64,000 nucleotides of DNA from Minisyncoccota bacterium (GTDB taxonomy: Bacteria; Patescibacteriota; Minisyncoccia; Phycocordibacterales; UBA1006). The number at the start of each line of letters is the position of its first letter. Position 1 is the first letter of the stretch. The DNA is taken from positions 24,665-88,664 of the forward strand of contig JALEGN010000007.1 in NCBI GenBank assembly GCA_022763365.1. Direction: 5' to 3'. A program made the translations under genes and the position numbers. The notes beneath the pieces were generated by a model, which saw nothing but the letters and a program-made list of their open reading frames with translations, ran no database searches and had not been told where the DNA came from. Of the stretch, positions 28,357 to 36,992 are shown piece by piece.

Positions 28357-28681
28357 GCCGGAGTGTGCGACCTAAAAACGAATGAACGTAGTGAATATCG
28401 TTTTGAAAGTGCTCTTGTAGTAGAATTGGTAGGTGAGACAATCCTGCGAATTGTACAGCGGCGACTCTTTAAAAACAAAGTGCTGGAGTGGCGGAATTGG
28501 TAGACGCGTGCGACTCAAAATCGCATATCTACGGGTGTGCGGGTTCGATTCCCGCCTCCAGCACTTTGTTTTTAAAACTAAAATCGCACTACAAGAGTAT
28601 TTCCATTTTATATTCGCAGAAGCTCATTAAAAATTAGGTCACAGCTCTTCGGGCGTGCGGGTTCAAGTCCCGCCTCCGGCA
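28357..28681 (+). ncRNA. Expanded tRNA-Leu-like RNA enclosing an intact tRNA-Leu
   Basis: GCCGGAG(28357-63)/CTCCGGC-A(28674-81) acceptor, T-arm GCGGG-TTCAAGT-CCCGC, variable arm GCTC-TTC-GGGC, with D-loop and anticodon-stem remnants and paired inserts between. Confidence 0.75.
28482..28563 (+). tRNA. tRNA-Leu(CAA)
   Basis: Acceptor GCTGGAG/CTCCAGC, anticodon arm TGCGA-CT-CAA-AA-TCGCA, long variable arm, T-loop TTCGATT. Confidence 0.97.
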
Positions 28682-28880
28682 CATAGCGGGACAAGGTTAA
28701 ACTTTGTACGGTTTTTGTCCGAATGAATAATTTTGCTTGGTAAAGTTAGACCTGTGTCCCTATTACGGGCACAATTACAATGCACACTAAAAATGTGTAT
28801 TTTCGTTTGAGGAAATATACATCACATGAGATACTGTAATTGATAAACATTGCTACATGTTTACATAATCATTTAATTAT

Positions 28881-29261
28881 ATGGAAGAAATTTTAAGTTT
28901 ACTTTATTTTGTTATTGCAATTATTATTATTGCGTCAATGTGGAAAGTTTTTACCAAAGCAGGACGTCCTGGTTGGGAAGCAATTATCCCAATCTACAAC
29001 CTTTATATTATTCAAAAATTAATTAAAAAACCTTGGTGGTGGATTCTCCTGATGTTCATTCCGTGGCTTGGACTTATTTGGACTATTTGGTCAACAAATT
29101 TACTTGCAAAAAGTTTTGGTAAAACTGAAGGATTCACAGCTGGTATGATTCTATTACCTTTTGTATTCTATCCCATCTTAGGGTTTGGTAATGCACGGTA
29201 TACAGAACCACAATCAAATTCTCATGAATCAATATTAGAAGCTGAAATTATTGAAGAATAA
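28881..29261 (+). CDS. DUF5684-like membrane protein
   Basis: WKVFTKAGRPGWEAIIPIYN, LAKSFGK, ILGFG. Confidence 0.85.
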   Translation: MEEILSLLYFVIAIIIIASMWKVFTKAGRPGWEAIIPIYNLYIIQKLIKKPWWWILLMFIPWLGLIWTIWSTNLLAKSFGKTEGFTAGMILLPFVFYPILGFGNARYTEPQSNSHESILEAEIIEE

Positions 29262-29289
29262 AAAAAACACCAATATGGTGTTTTTTTAT

Positions 29290-29994
29290 TTATTCTTCTG
29301 TTTCAGATTGGTCTCCTTCAAGAACTTCTTCAACTTCAATTTCAATTTCACTATCTGATTCGTCGCTTTCTTCAGTATCAACAAGAGTTCGATACAGACG
29401 AGCGTAAAGAATCGCTGTCATTGGAATTGTAATAACTAACCCAATAACGAGTGCCAATAATCCAAAGAGATTAAAGAATGCAACTACAATCATGAACCAA
29501 AGGATTTTCCATGCATTTCCTTTCGTTGCGTTCCAGCTAATTTTTAATGATTCAAAAATACCTGCTTTTTCTTCTGCAGCAATATATTGAGCAAAGACTA
29601 ATCCGATAGTTAGTACAATCCCTGGAATAATGAACAATAGTGTTCCAAGGCCAATCAACGCTGATGTAAGCAATGAAACAACCACGAATGAAAGAAAATG
29701 TGTCCATGAATGTGCTCCATGGAATAATTGTTCGATTTTTGCTTCTTTATTATCTACAACATTAAGAACAAATTTAATATATCCGAGAGTAATGAAAATT
29801 TGGAGTAGCCATGCAAGAATTCCAACAATTGGTGACTGAGAAACATATCCTTCAGGACTCACACTTACTCCTAGATTTCCTAAGAATCCAACAAGGAGGA
29901 AAATAATTCCTACTAAAATGAATAATGTCCAATGTTTTTTATAATCAACCCATGAATCTTTAAAGAGTTGATTAATGCTAAATGTTTTTTTCAT
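29290..29994 (-). CDS. Integral membrane protein (DUF975-like)
   Basis: Multiple TM segments, LFIIPGI, SLKISWNATKG. Confidence 0.7.
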   Translation of the reverse strand: MKKTFSINQLFKDSWVDYKKHWTLFILVGIIFLLVGFLGNLGVSVSPEGYVSQSPIVGILAWLLQIFITLGYIKFVLNVVDNKEAKIEQLFHGAHSWTHFLSFVVVSLLTSALIGLGTLLFIIPGIVLTIGLVFAQYIAAEEKAGIFESLKISWNATKGNAWKILWFMIVVAFFNLFGLLALVIGLVITIPMTAILYARLYRTLVDTEESDESDSEIEIEVEEVLEGDQSETEE

Positions 29995-30035
29995 ACACCA
30001 GAATTATATCAAAAAAAGAGATTTTTACATCTCTT

Positions 30036-31508
30036 TTAATCTTTACGTTCCCTCATTATTGGAAAGAATATAACATCACGTAGATTTTTTTGATTCGTAA
30101 AAAACGCAATCAATCGATCGATTCCCATACCAAAACCAGTCATTGGTGGCATACCATGTTCCATAGCTGTTAAGAATACTTCGTCAACCTCCATAGCTTC
30201 AACATCACCATCCGCCTTTGCTTGAGCTTGAGCCTCTAAGAGTTCTCGCTGCTTAATTGGGTTTACTAATTCGGCATACTGATTTGTTATTTCAGCTCCT
30301 CCAATAATCAATTGAGCAACTTTCGCTGTTCCATCATTATTCTGCTGCGCAAGTGGTTTAAGATCGCCAGGATAATCAACAATAAAGGCAGGTCCAATAA
30401 TGTTATTCCGTGAAGATTTTTTGTAAATAAAATCAAGAAGATTTGCACGTCCTGTCTTTGAAACCTCATCACTGTCCATTCCCCATTCTTTTGCTTTTTC
30501 TTGAATTTTTTCAAGGCTTGCTGTTTCAATATTAATGTTTGCGTTTTCTTTCAATAAATCTGGAAAACGTAGACGTGGCCACTTACCACTTACATCGACT
30601 TGAATCTCATTATCATTTTTATCCCAAATACTAAATACCGATTCACCAACTACATCTTTAGCAAGATGTTTAATGAGTTCCTCAGTCCATTGCATATTCT
30701 GTTCGAGACTTTGATAGGCAGCATACCACTCAATCATTGTAAACTCCTGCAAGTGCGTTGGATCAGATCCTTCGTTGCGGAAATTTTTTCCAATTTCGTA
30801 TATACGTGGGTAACCACCTGCCATAATCATTTTATGCTCAAGCTCAAGAGAAATCCGCAGCACCATGTCCATATCATAATCATTATGATATGTGTTAAAT
30901 GTTTCCGCCATAGCACCACCAGCTTGATTTTGAAGAATTGGTGTTTCTATCTCCATAAATTCTCGATCATCAAAGAATCGACGAATAGCAGAGATGACTT
31001 TCGAACGTATTTGGAATCGCTTATAGGATTCTTCATTTGAAATGACATCAAGGTAACGCTTTCGGTAAATTTCTTCTTGATCTTGGAGTCCTGAATGTTT
31101 ATCAGGTAATGGTAGAAGTGACTTCCCTGCCATTTTCCATTCCTTAACTAAAAGACTTTCAGCCCCACGTTTCGTCACAAAAAATTCTCCCGAACACTGA
31201 ATAAAATCACCAATATCAACCGTATCTTTAAACAATTGCATAAGTGATTCATCGATTGAGTCTTTTTTCAAAACCACCTGAAAATCAGCCGTTCCATCAT
31301 TGAGTACTACAAACATAATAGCCCCAGCACCACGAATAGCCATAACACGGCCTGTTGCAGTAACTTCTTTTCCCTCTTCAAAAGAATCTGTAATAGTTTT
31401 TAGATTAATTTCTTGAACAATATCTTCGGGGAACGCCTTCATTCCGGCAGCTTCTAGTTTTTCAATTTTCTCAAGTCGCACTGACCGCAATTCATCAAGT
31501 GATGCCAT
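30036..31508 (-). CDS. lysS: Lysine--tRNA ligase (class II)
   Basis: YRKRYLD, EIGKNFRNEG, EHGMPPMTGFGMGIDRL. Confidence 0.97.
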   Translation of the reverse strand: MASLDELRSVRLEKIEKLEAAGMKAFPEDIVQEINLKTITDSFEEGKEVTATGRVMAIRGAGAIMFVVLNDGTADFQVVLKKDSIDESLMQLFKDTVDIGDFIQCSGEFFVTKRGAESLLVKEWKMAGKSLLPLPDKHSGLQDQEEIYRKRYLDVISNEESYKRFQIRSKVISAIRRFFDDREFMEIETPILQNQAGGAMAETFNTYHNDYDMDMVLRISLELEHKMIMAGGYPRIYEIGKNFRNEGSDPTHLQEFTMIEWYAAYQSLEQNMQWTEELIKHLAKDVVGESVFSIWDKNDNEIQVDVSGKWPRLRFPDLLKENANINIETASLEKIQEKAKEWGMDSDEVSKTGRANLLDFIYKKSSRNNIIGPAFIVDYPGDLKPLAQQNNDGTAKVAQLIIGGAEITNQYAELVNPIKQRELLEAQAQAKADGDVEAMEVDEVFLTAMEHGMPPMTGFGMGIDRLIAFFTNQKNLRDVIFFPIMRERKD

Positions 31509-31610
31509 AATATTTAAAGTATAAATGATATAGTTAATTGTTCAATATATATTGACATAATAATAATATGTTATAATATAATTTATGAAAATAACTTTAA
31601 AAAACTAATC

Positions 31611-31979
31611 ATGGAAACAGTTGAACTAAATTTTGTTATCTTAACTAAAATTATGTTGTTCTTCTGGATCGTACTAGAAACAGCATTCTGGACCCATTTT
31701 CTTAGAGATTCTTCCTTTAAAAAAGTAGAAAGACTCAATATGCAATTAGTGCATCAGAATTTTTTTGAACTAGTTGTTGTATTAAGTGCTATCTTAAGTA
31801 TTATAACTTTTCTAAACTTTATAACGTTTCCTTTTTCTGACACTAAGTTAATTAAATACTTGTCAGGCTGGGATACAATACTTCTTGTAATAACATGCAT
31901 ATTTAGATCAGCAACATTATTTTTTGTTTTAGGCACAAAAATTGAAAGGGATGTACCACTATTAAAAGAAAATAATTAA
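31611..31979 (+). CDS. Hypothetical 3-TM membrane protein
   Basis: Hydrophobic ORF with upstream TTGACA/TATAAT. Confidence 0.55.
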   Translation: METVELNFVILTKIMLFFWIVLETAFWTHFLRDSSFKKVERLNMQLVHQNFFELVVVLSAILSIITFLNFITFPFSDTKLIKYLSGWDTILLVITCIFRSATLFFVLGTKIERDVPLLKENN

Positions 31980-31981
31980 AG

Positions 31982-32089
31982 ATGAGAACAATTATATTCT
32001 TTATCATAGCAGGTTTTATAACTGACGATTTTGGGTCAGCATTCTGGCTTACTCTAGCCTACCTCTTTCTCAGAGGCGATTCTGAATAA
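31982..32089 (+). CDS. Small hydrophobic peptide (35 aa)
   Basis: MRTIIFFIIAGFITDDFGSAFWLTLAYLFLRGDSE; starts 2 nt after previous stop, followed by terminator 32101-32127; not in ORF track. Confidence 0.5.
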   Translation: MRTIIFFIIAGFITDDFGSAFWLTLAYLFLRGDSE

Positions 32090-32200
32090 AAACTAAATAG
32101 AAAGAGCGAATAAACCCGCTCTTTTTTGTTGAAATTATTTTTACAAATTGACAAAAAATTATCAAATTATATTGTTAATATAAATCTAAAAACAAAGTAA

Positions 32201-32530
32201 ATGAAATTAAAAATCAAAGCAAAAAACCATGAGTTATTTGAAATGTATCTCACCAATATCTTAAATCTTTTAGGTATGATTGAAATGGGAGGCACAATTC
32301 TTAATGAATCAGGAAGAGAAACCTTAGGTTATTGGCATCAGGACCCTGACGATAAAACTCGTTATTTTCTAGGGCATGGAAATAATGCATGGCTCAATGT
32401 AAAGAATAAAGGTAAAAATTTTATAGATTGTGAAATAAATTTTCGTTATGACAAAAACTTTGAAAAGAAAAAAACAGTTACTAAATTGATGAATGTATTA
32501 TTTGAAGATAATACTGAATTAATTGACTAA
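32201..32530 (+). CDS. Hypothetical protein
   Basis: ORF with upstream TTGACA and downstream hairpin. Confidence 0.55.
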   Translation: MKLKIKAKNHELFEMYLTNILNLLGMIEMGGTILNESGRETLGYWHQDPDDKTRYFLGHGNNAWLNVKNKGKNFIDCEINFRYDKNFEKKKTVTKLMNVLFEDNTELID

Positions 32531-32572
32531 TCTAATATAAAAGACCTCATATCTAATGAAGTCTTTTTTATA

Positions 32573-33043
32573 TTATTGAACTGAATTAATTTGGTAGTGA
32601 GTGACTCCCTTTGGTGTTTCAACACTCACCTCATCACCCTTTGATTTATTCATTACTGCAGCACCGATTGGTGACTCAAATGAGATTTTCCCTGATGAAA
32701 AATCAGCTTCTTCGTTTCCTACAATCTGATAGGTTTTTTCTTCTCCTGTTTCTTTTTTAAGAAGGATAACGGTTGAACCTAAACCAATCGTTCCATCGGT
32801 ATTAGCCTCCACGACAACAGCATTCTTTAAAATAGCTTCAATTTGAGAAATGCGTGCTTCGTTTTTACCCTGAGCATCTTTTGATGAATGATATTCAGCA
32901 TTTTCAGAAAGATCACCAAGAGATTTAGCAAAAGCGAGGCGCTCTAAAATTTCTGCTCGAACCGTTGTTTTAAGATGTTCAAGTTCTTTTTCAAGTTCCT
33001 CTTTTTTCTCTTGTGTTAAAAATTCCTGTGTTTCCATATTCAA
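32573..33043 (-). CDS. greA: Transcription elongation factor GreA
   Basis: GDLSENAEY, ISFESPIG. Confidence 0.97.
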   Translation of the reverse strand: MNMETQEFLTQEKKEELEKELEHLKTTVRAEILERLAFAKSLGDLSENAEYHSSKDAQGKNEARISQIEAILKNAVVVEANTDGTIGLGSTVILLKKETGEEKTYQIVGNEEADFSSGKISFESPIGAAVMNKSKGDEVSVETPKGVTHYQINSVQ

Positions 33044-33098
33044 TTAGTATATGAATCTTTAATCTTTGTGCAAGATAAAAACTCCTCAAAAGGAGTTT

Positions 33099-33233
33099 TT
33101 ATTGTGCGCGTACCATTACTATCTCTTCAGTATCAGCCAACATTTCAGTTTTGTGATGTGAAGAAGGATTAGCTGAAGCATGCACAACAAATATTGCCAA
33201 AGCAATAAATACACATTGTATAAATATTTTCAT
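33099..33233 (-). CDS. Small secreted peptide (44 aa)
   Basis: MKIFIQCVFIALAIFVVHASA-NPSSHHKTEMLADTEEIVMVRAQ; stop abuts terminator AAAAACTCCT/AGGAGTTTTT; not in ORF track. Confidence 0.5.
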   Translation of the reverse strand: MKIFIQCVFIALAIFVVHASANPSSHHKTEMLADTEEIVMVRAQ

Positions 33234-33308
33234 GCTTATAAAGAGTTAATGATTAATAGGAAGATACTATCTATCCTCACTCTATATAACGTATCAAAGT
33301 AGAAAATA

Positions 33309-34997
33309 TTACAATGATGTCCAAAATTCTGAATATTCTTCACTTACGGTATCAATAAAATTACGCATGGCTCGGCCTGCAGACCCTTCACTATCTTCGG
33401 GAGCGCGTTCCATAACGATAGCATAAGAATATTGTGGGTTTTCATATGGGAAGAAACCAATAATCCATGAATTATAAAATTCATTATTAACACCAACTTG
33501 TGCTGTACCTGTTTTAGCAGCCATAGACACCTCAGGAACATTAATAATACGTGCCGTTCCTTCTGTTACCGTATCTCGCATACCTGAGCGTATCGTTTGA
33601 TAATCATCAGGAGAAATTGAAATGTCTACTTGTTTTTCTTCTGGTTCAGCTTTTACCAAGAGCGGCGTTAAGAGATTTCCATTATTAGCCAAAGCTGCCG
33701 TTGCCCGCGTCATTTGCAGGGGATTTACCTGAAAACCAAACTGACCAATAGAGGTAATATAGGTATCCCCTAGTCGCCACGTCCCGTCATCAAATACTCG
33801 TTCTTTCCAAGAAGGACTTGGAATGGTTCCCGTTGCTTCATTTCCGAAATCAATACCTGTAGGTTCTGCAATATCAAAGGCACGAATGTAGCGCTCTATT
33901 TGAGAAATACCGAGGCCTTCTTGGTTTTGATAACCACCACCAATGGCGTAGAAAAAGGTATTCACTGAATCTGCAATCGCAAAACGAATATCACTAAGTC
34001 CATGTCCTTCCCTACGCCAATCTCTAAATACTGAACTATTTGAAGGATTGAATCGATTAGGGATTTCAATCCGGCCAGTACTCATAATCGTCGTATTTTC
34101 GGTAATAAGATTTTCATTTAAGGCAGCTAAACCAAGAAAGGGTTTTACCGTCGACCCCGGTGTATAGAGTCCAGAAACAACTCTATTCAAAAATGGTTTT
34201 TGAGGATTAGTGAAGAATCCATTAATAGCCTCTACATCTTCGCCCTCAGCAAGGGTATATGGATCGAATTCAGGATAACTGGTAAAAGCAATCAATTCGC
34301 CGGTCTCTATATCCATGATACTAGCAGCAGCCCCTACAAAGCCAGCTTCTTCGGCTTGGGTTTCAATTGCACGATACAAGGCATGTTGAATGTAGGTATC
34401 AATTGTTGTTGTGAGATTATCACCATCGTCAGGTTCAGCAATACGATTATTCGACAAGGATTCTCCTAAGGCATCCACCTCAATAAGAGTTGCCCCATTT
34501 TCTCCTGCCAATAGGTCATTATATTTTTTCTCAATACCAGCTTGCCCACCAATTTCTCGGCGCCAGAAAAATCCACTGGAATCTCGTTCAGGATAATTAA
34601 CGTAGCCTAATAAGTGACCATGACCACTTCTATCAGTATAAGCTCGATTCAGAAAGTCTTCCTCACCTTCAGTATTCCAAGCAATTTCAATACCATTGCG
34701 ATCATAAATAACACCTCGCTCGGCAAAAATAGGATTACTACGAAGTCTATTATTTTCTGAACGTTCTAAATATGAATCGCCTTCTGCCAATTGAAGATAC
34801 ACCAGTTGCCCAGAGAAAATCAAAAGACATAGTCCAAAAAAACCTCCAAGGAATTGTAGGGCTTTTTGTGCAATAGGTTTTTCAATAACACCTTCAAATT
34901 GCTGTTTATCAAGATTAGAAACATTTGCATCATCAAGAAAAATTTCATCTGGCAAAATTTCATAATCACGGTATTTTCGTTTAAACCATTTACGCAT
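33309..34997 (-). CDS. mrdA: Penicillin-binding protein 2 (class B transpeptidase)
   Basis: RGVIYDRNG, PGSTVKP (SxxK), SVN, KTGTAQ. Confidence 0.88.
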   Translation of the reverse strand: MRKWFKRKYRDYEILPDEIFLDDANVSNLDKQQFEGVIEKPIAQKALQFLGGFFGLCLLIFSGQLVYLQLAEGDSYLERSENNRLRSNPIFAERGVIYDRNGIEIAWNTEGEEDFLNRAYTDRSGHGHLLGYVNYPERDSSGFFWRREIGGQAGIEKKYNDLLAGENGATLIEVDALGESLSNNRIAEPDDGDNLTTTIDTYIQHALYRAIETQAEEAGFVGAAASIMDIETGELIAFTSYPEFDPYTLAEGEDVEAINGFFTNPQKPFLNRVVSGLYTPGSTVKPFLGLAALNENLITENTTIMSTGRIEIPNRFNPSNSSVFRDWRREGHGLSDIRFAIADSVNTFFYAIGGGYQNQEGLGISQIERYIRAFDIAEPTGIDFGNEATGTIPSPSWKERVFDDGTWRLGDTYITSIGQFGFQVNPLQMTRATAALANNGNLLTPLLVKAEPEEKQVDISISPDDYQTIRSGMRDTVTEGTARIINVPEVSMAAKTGTAQVGVNNEFYNSWIIGFFPYENPQYSYAIVMERAPEDSEGSAGRAMRNFIDTVSEEYSEFWTSL

Positions 34998-35253
34998 GAA
35001 AACTGAGTCGACTTTTAATTGGATTTAAGAGGAGGAAAATAATACATGAAATAATGGTATAGATAGGAATGGTGATGATACCGAATTCATACATGCTGTT
35101 ATACATAATATCAATAACAACACCAATAATAATTATTTCATAAAATGCATATCGCATACTTAATCCAATAATAAGTCCCAAAAGTATAGCAAAGATAGGA
35201 TTAATAAAAACGACGACGCTCAGAAGGAGGAACAAAATAAATAAACGTTTCAT
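34990..35253 (-). CDS. Small membrane protein (MreD-like position)
   Basis: Fully hydrophobic, GVVID motif, overlaps mrdA start. Confidence 0.55.
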   Translation of the reverse strand: MKRLFILFLLLSVVVFINPIFAILLGLIIGLSMRYAFYEIIIIGVVIDIMYNSMYEFGIITIPIYTIISCIIFLLLNPIKSRLSFHA

Positions 35254-35256
35254 AGT

Positions 35257-36516
35257 TTATTTATTCCCACGAAGCTCTGCAGCTTTGGCAACACGTTCAA
35301 CTGCAATTTTGAACCCTGCCGTTCGCAGCGAAATATCTTCTTTTTGAGAAAGAGCGTAGACCTTTTCTGTTGCAGCTACCATGATGCTGTGTAATCGATC
35401 ATCTACCTCTTTTGCTGACCAATAGTACTGTTGACGATTTTGTACCCATTCGAAATAACTCACGGTTACACCACCAGCATTAGCAAGGAAATCAGGAACG
35501 AGAATAATATTATTTTTTTCTAAAATTTCATCAGCTTTGGTGCTGGTTGGATTATTCGCTAGCTCAAGAATAAGTGAAGCTTGAATATCAGCAGCGTTAT
35601 CTTCAGTAATTTGATTTTCAAGTGCTGCAGGAATTAAAATATCACATGATTGAATCAAGAGTTCTTCATTTGATATTTTTTGAACATCCTCATTATCATT
35701 AAATAATTCATGAAGAGAAATTCGTTTTTCTTGTTTTGCTTCTTGAATTGCATGAACATCAAATCCTGAATCTTTATAAATTGCCCCTTTAGAGTCTGAA
35801 ATTCCTACGATTCTAAATCCTTCATCAGCTAAAATTGTAGCAGCATAAGAACCAACATTTCCAAAACCTTGAATAACAACCTTTCGTTCGCCAGCAAGTT
35901 CTGGTTTAAACTCAAGAATCTTTAAAAGAGAATACACACCACCTTGTGATGTTGCTTCGGTTCGTCCTTTTGAACCACCAAGCTCAAGTGGTTTTCCAGT
36001 AATGACTCCAGGCTCTGATCGACCAACCGTTTTTTCGTATTCATCAAGCATATACGACATTGTCTGACCGTTAGTATTAACGTCAGGTGCTGGAATATCT
36101 TGGTCAACACCAATATAGTCACTCATTGATCGTGCCCACGCTCTGGCTACACCTTCGATTTCTTTATCGTTGTAATCACGTGGATTAATCGTTGCACCAC
36201 CTTTGGCACCACCTAATGGAATACCAACAAGTGAACATTTCAACATCATCGTGATCGCCAGTGTTTTAACTTCGTCTAAATCTACATCTGGATGAAAACG
36301 AATCCCTCCTTTATAGGGTCCAAGCGCATTATTAAATTGTACGCGGTACATATCAACCTCTTTTCCTAATTCTGGAACCATTACTGAGATATCAATAACT
36401 TTGTAGGGATGAGTAATATTATTAATGGTTTCTTTGCTGAAGCCTAATTCCTCTCCAGCTTTTGCAATAGCATCCTGAATATTTTTGTAGATGCTTTCTT
36501 TTTTTTCTGTATTCAT
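35257..36516 (-). CDS. gdhA: Glutamate dehydrogenase (Glu/Leu/Phe/Val family)
   Basis: GPYKGGIRFHP, GGAKGG, DIPAPDV, QGFGNVG, NAGGVTVSYFEW. Confidence 0.93.
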   Translation of the reverse strand: MNTEKKESIYKNIQDAIAKAGEELGFSKETINNITHPYKVIDISVMVPELGKEVDMYRVQFNNALGPYKGGIRFHPDVDLDEVKTLAITMMLKCSLVGIPLGGAKGGATINPRDYNDKEIEGVARAWARSMSDYIGVDQDIPAPDVNTNGQTMSYMLDEYEKTVGRSEPGVITGKPLELGGSKGRTEATSQGGVYSLLKILEFKPELAGERKVVIQGFGNVGSYAATILADEGFRIVGISDSKGAIYKDSGFDVHAIQEAKQEKRISLHELFNDNEDVQKISNEELLIQSCDILIPAALENQITEDNAADIQASLILELANNPTSTKADEILEKNNIILVPDFLANAGGVTVSYFEWVQNRQQYYWSAKEVDDRLHSIMVAATEKVYALSQKEDISLRTAGFKIAVERVAKAAELRGNK

Positions 36517-36577
36517 AATATATCCAGTATATACCTGCAAAAACAAAAAACAAAAAAACCTGATGAAATATCAGGTT

Positions 36578-36760
36578 CTAAAAATAAATAATGTGTCCAC
36601 TGAGTTGAAGCTCATTAGCAAGTTCTTTTTCAGAAAGTTGCTCGAGAGTTCTGAGCGGGTAAATATTAGATCGAGTTTTTGCCAGCCATTTTTTGGCTCG
36701 TTTTTTGCTTTCACAAAATCCAAAAAGAAAATTTCTCAAGGATGCTGAATACTTTTTCAT
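36578..36760 (-). CDS. Small basic hypothetical protein
   Basis: 60-aa ORF followed by a hairpin terminator. Confidence 0.45.
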   Translation of the reverse strand: MKKYSASLRNFLFGFCESKKRAKKWLAKTRSNIYPLRTLEQLSEKELANELQLSGHIIYF

Positions 36761-36761
36761 A

Positions 36762-36932
36762 TTACACAGATTTAAGTTTCACAATTCCACTATGAGCAGT
36801 TCGATTTTGAGAAATAGTACCAAACAATTGAGCTCTTTTTTCTCGCCAGTTTTTCCTTGTTTCTGAAAGGTCAGCCCCAACAAAACCGAATGGTCCTGCA
36901 TTAATGATTCTCTCTTTAATATCTTTTTTCAT
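36762..36932 (-). CDS. Small basic hypothetical protein (56 aa)
   Basis: MKKDIKERIINAGPFGFVGADLSETRKNWREKRAQLFGTISQNRTAHSGIVKLKSV; stop 1 nt before next ATG; not in ORF track. Confidence 0.5.
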   Translation of the reverse strand: MKKDIKERIINAGPFGFVGADLSETRKNWREKRAQLFGTISQNRTAHSGIVKLKSV

Positions 36933-36992
36933 TGTATCGAGTGTTTTTATTATAAAACACTAATTTAAAATAAAAGTCAATTATAGAAATAA

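Noticed and set aside
28433-28630. 65-aa ORF across tRNA-Leu
   Set aside because: Shadow ORF overlapping a canonical tRNA
28357-28681. Nested tRNA locus as a group I/II intron, tmRNA or integrative-element att duplication
   Set aside because: No recognisable group I core or group II domain V; no G3-U70 alanine identity or tag ORF; att duplications repeat an identical 3' end, whereas here both outer ends exist with compensatory differences and no integrase is nearby
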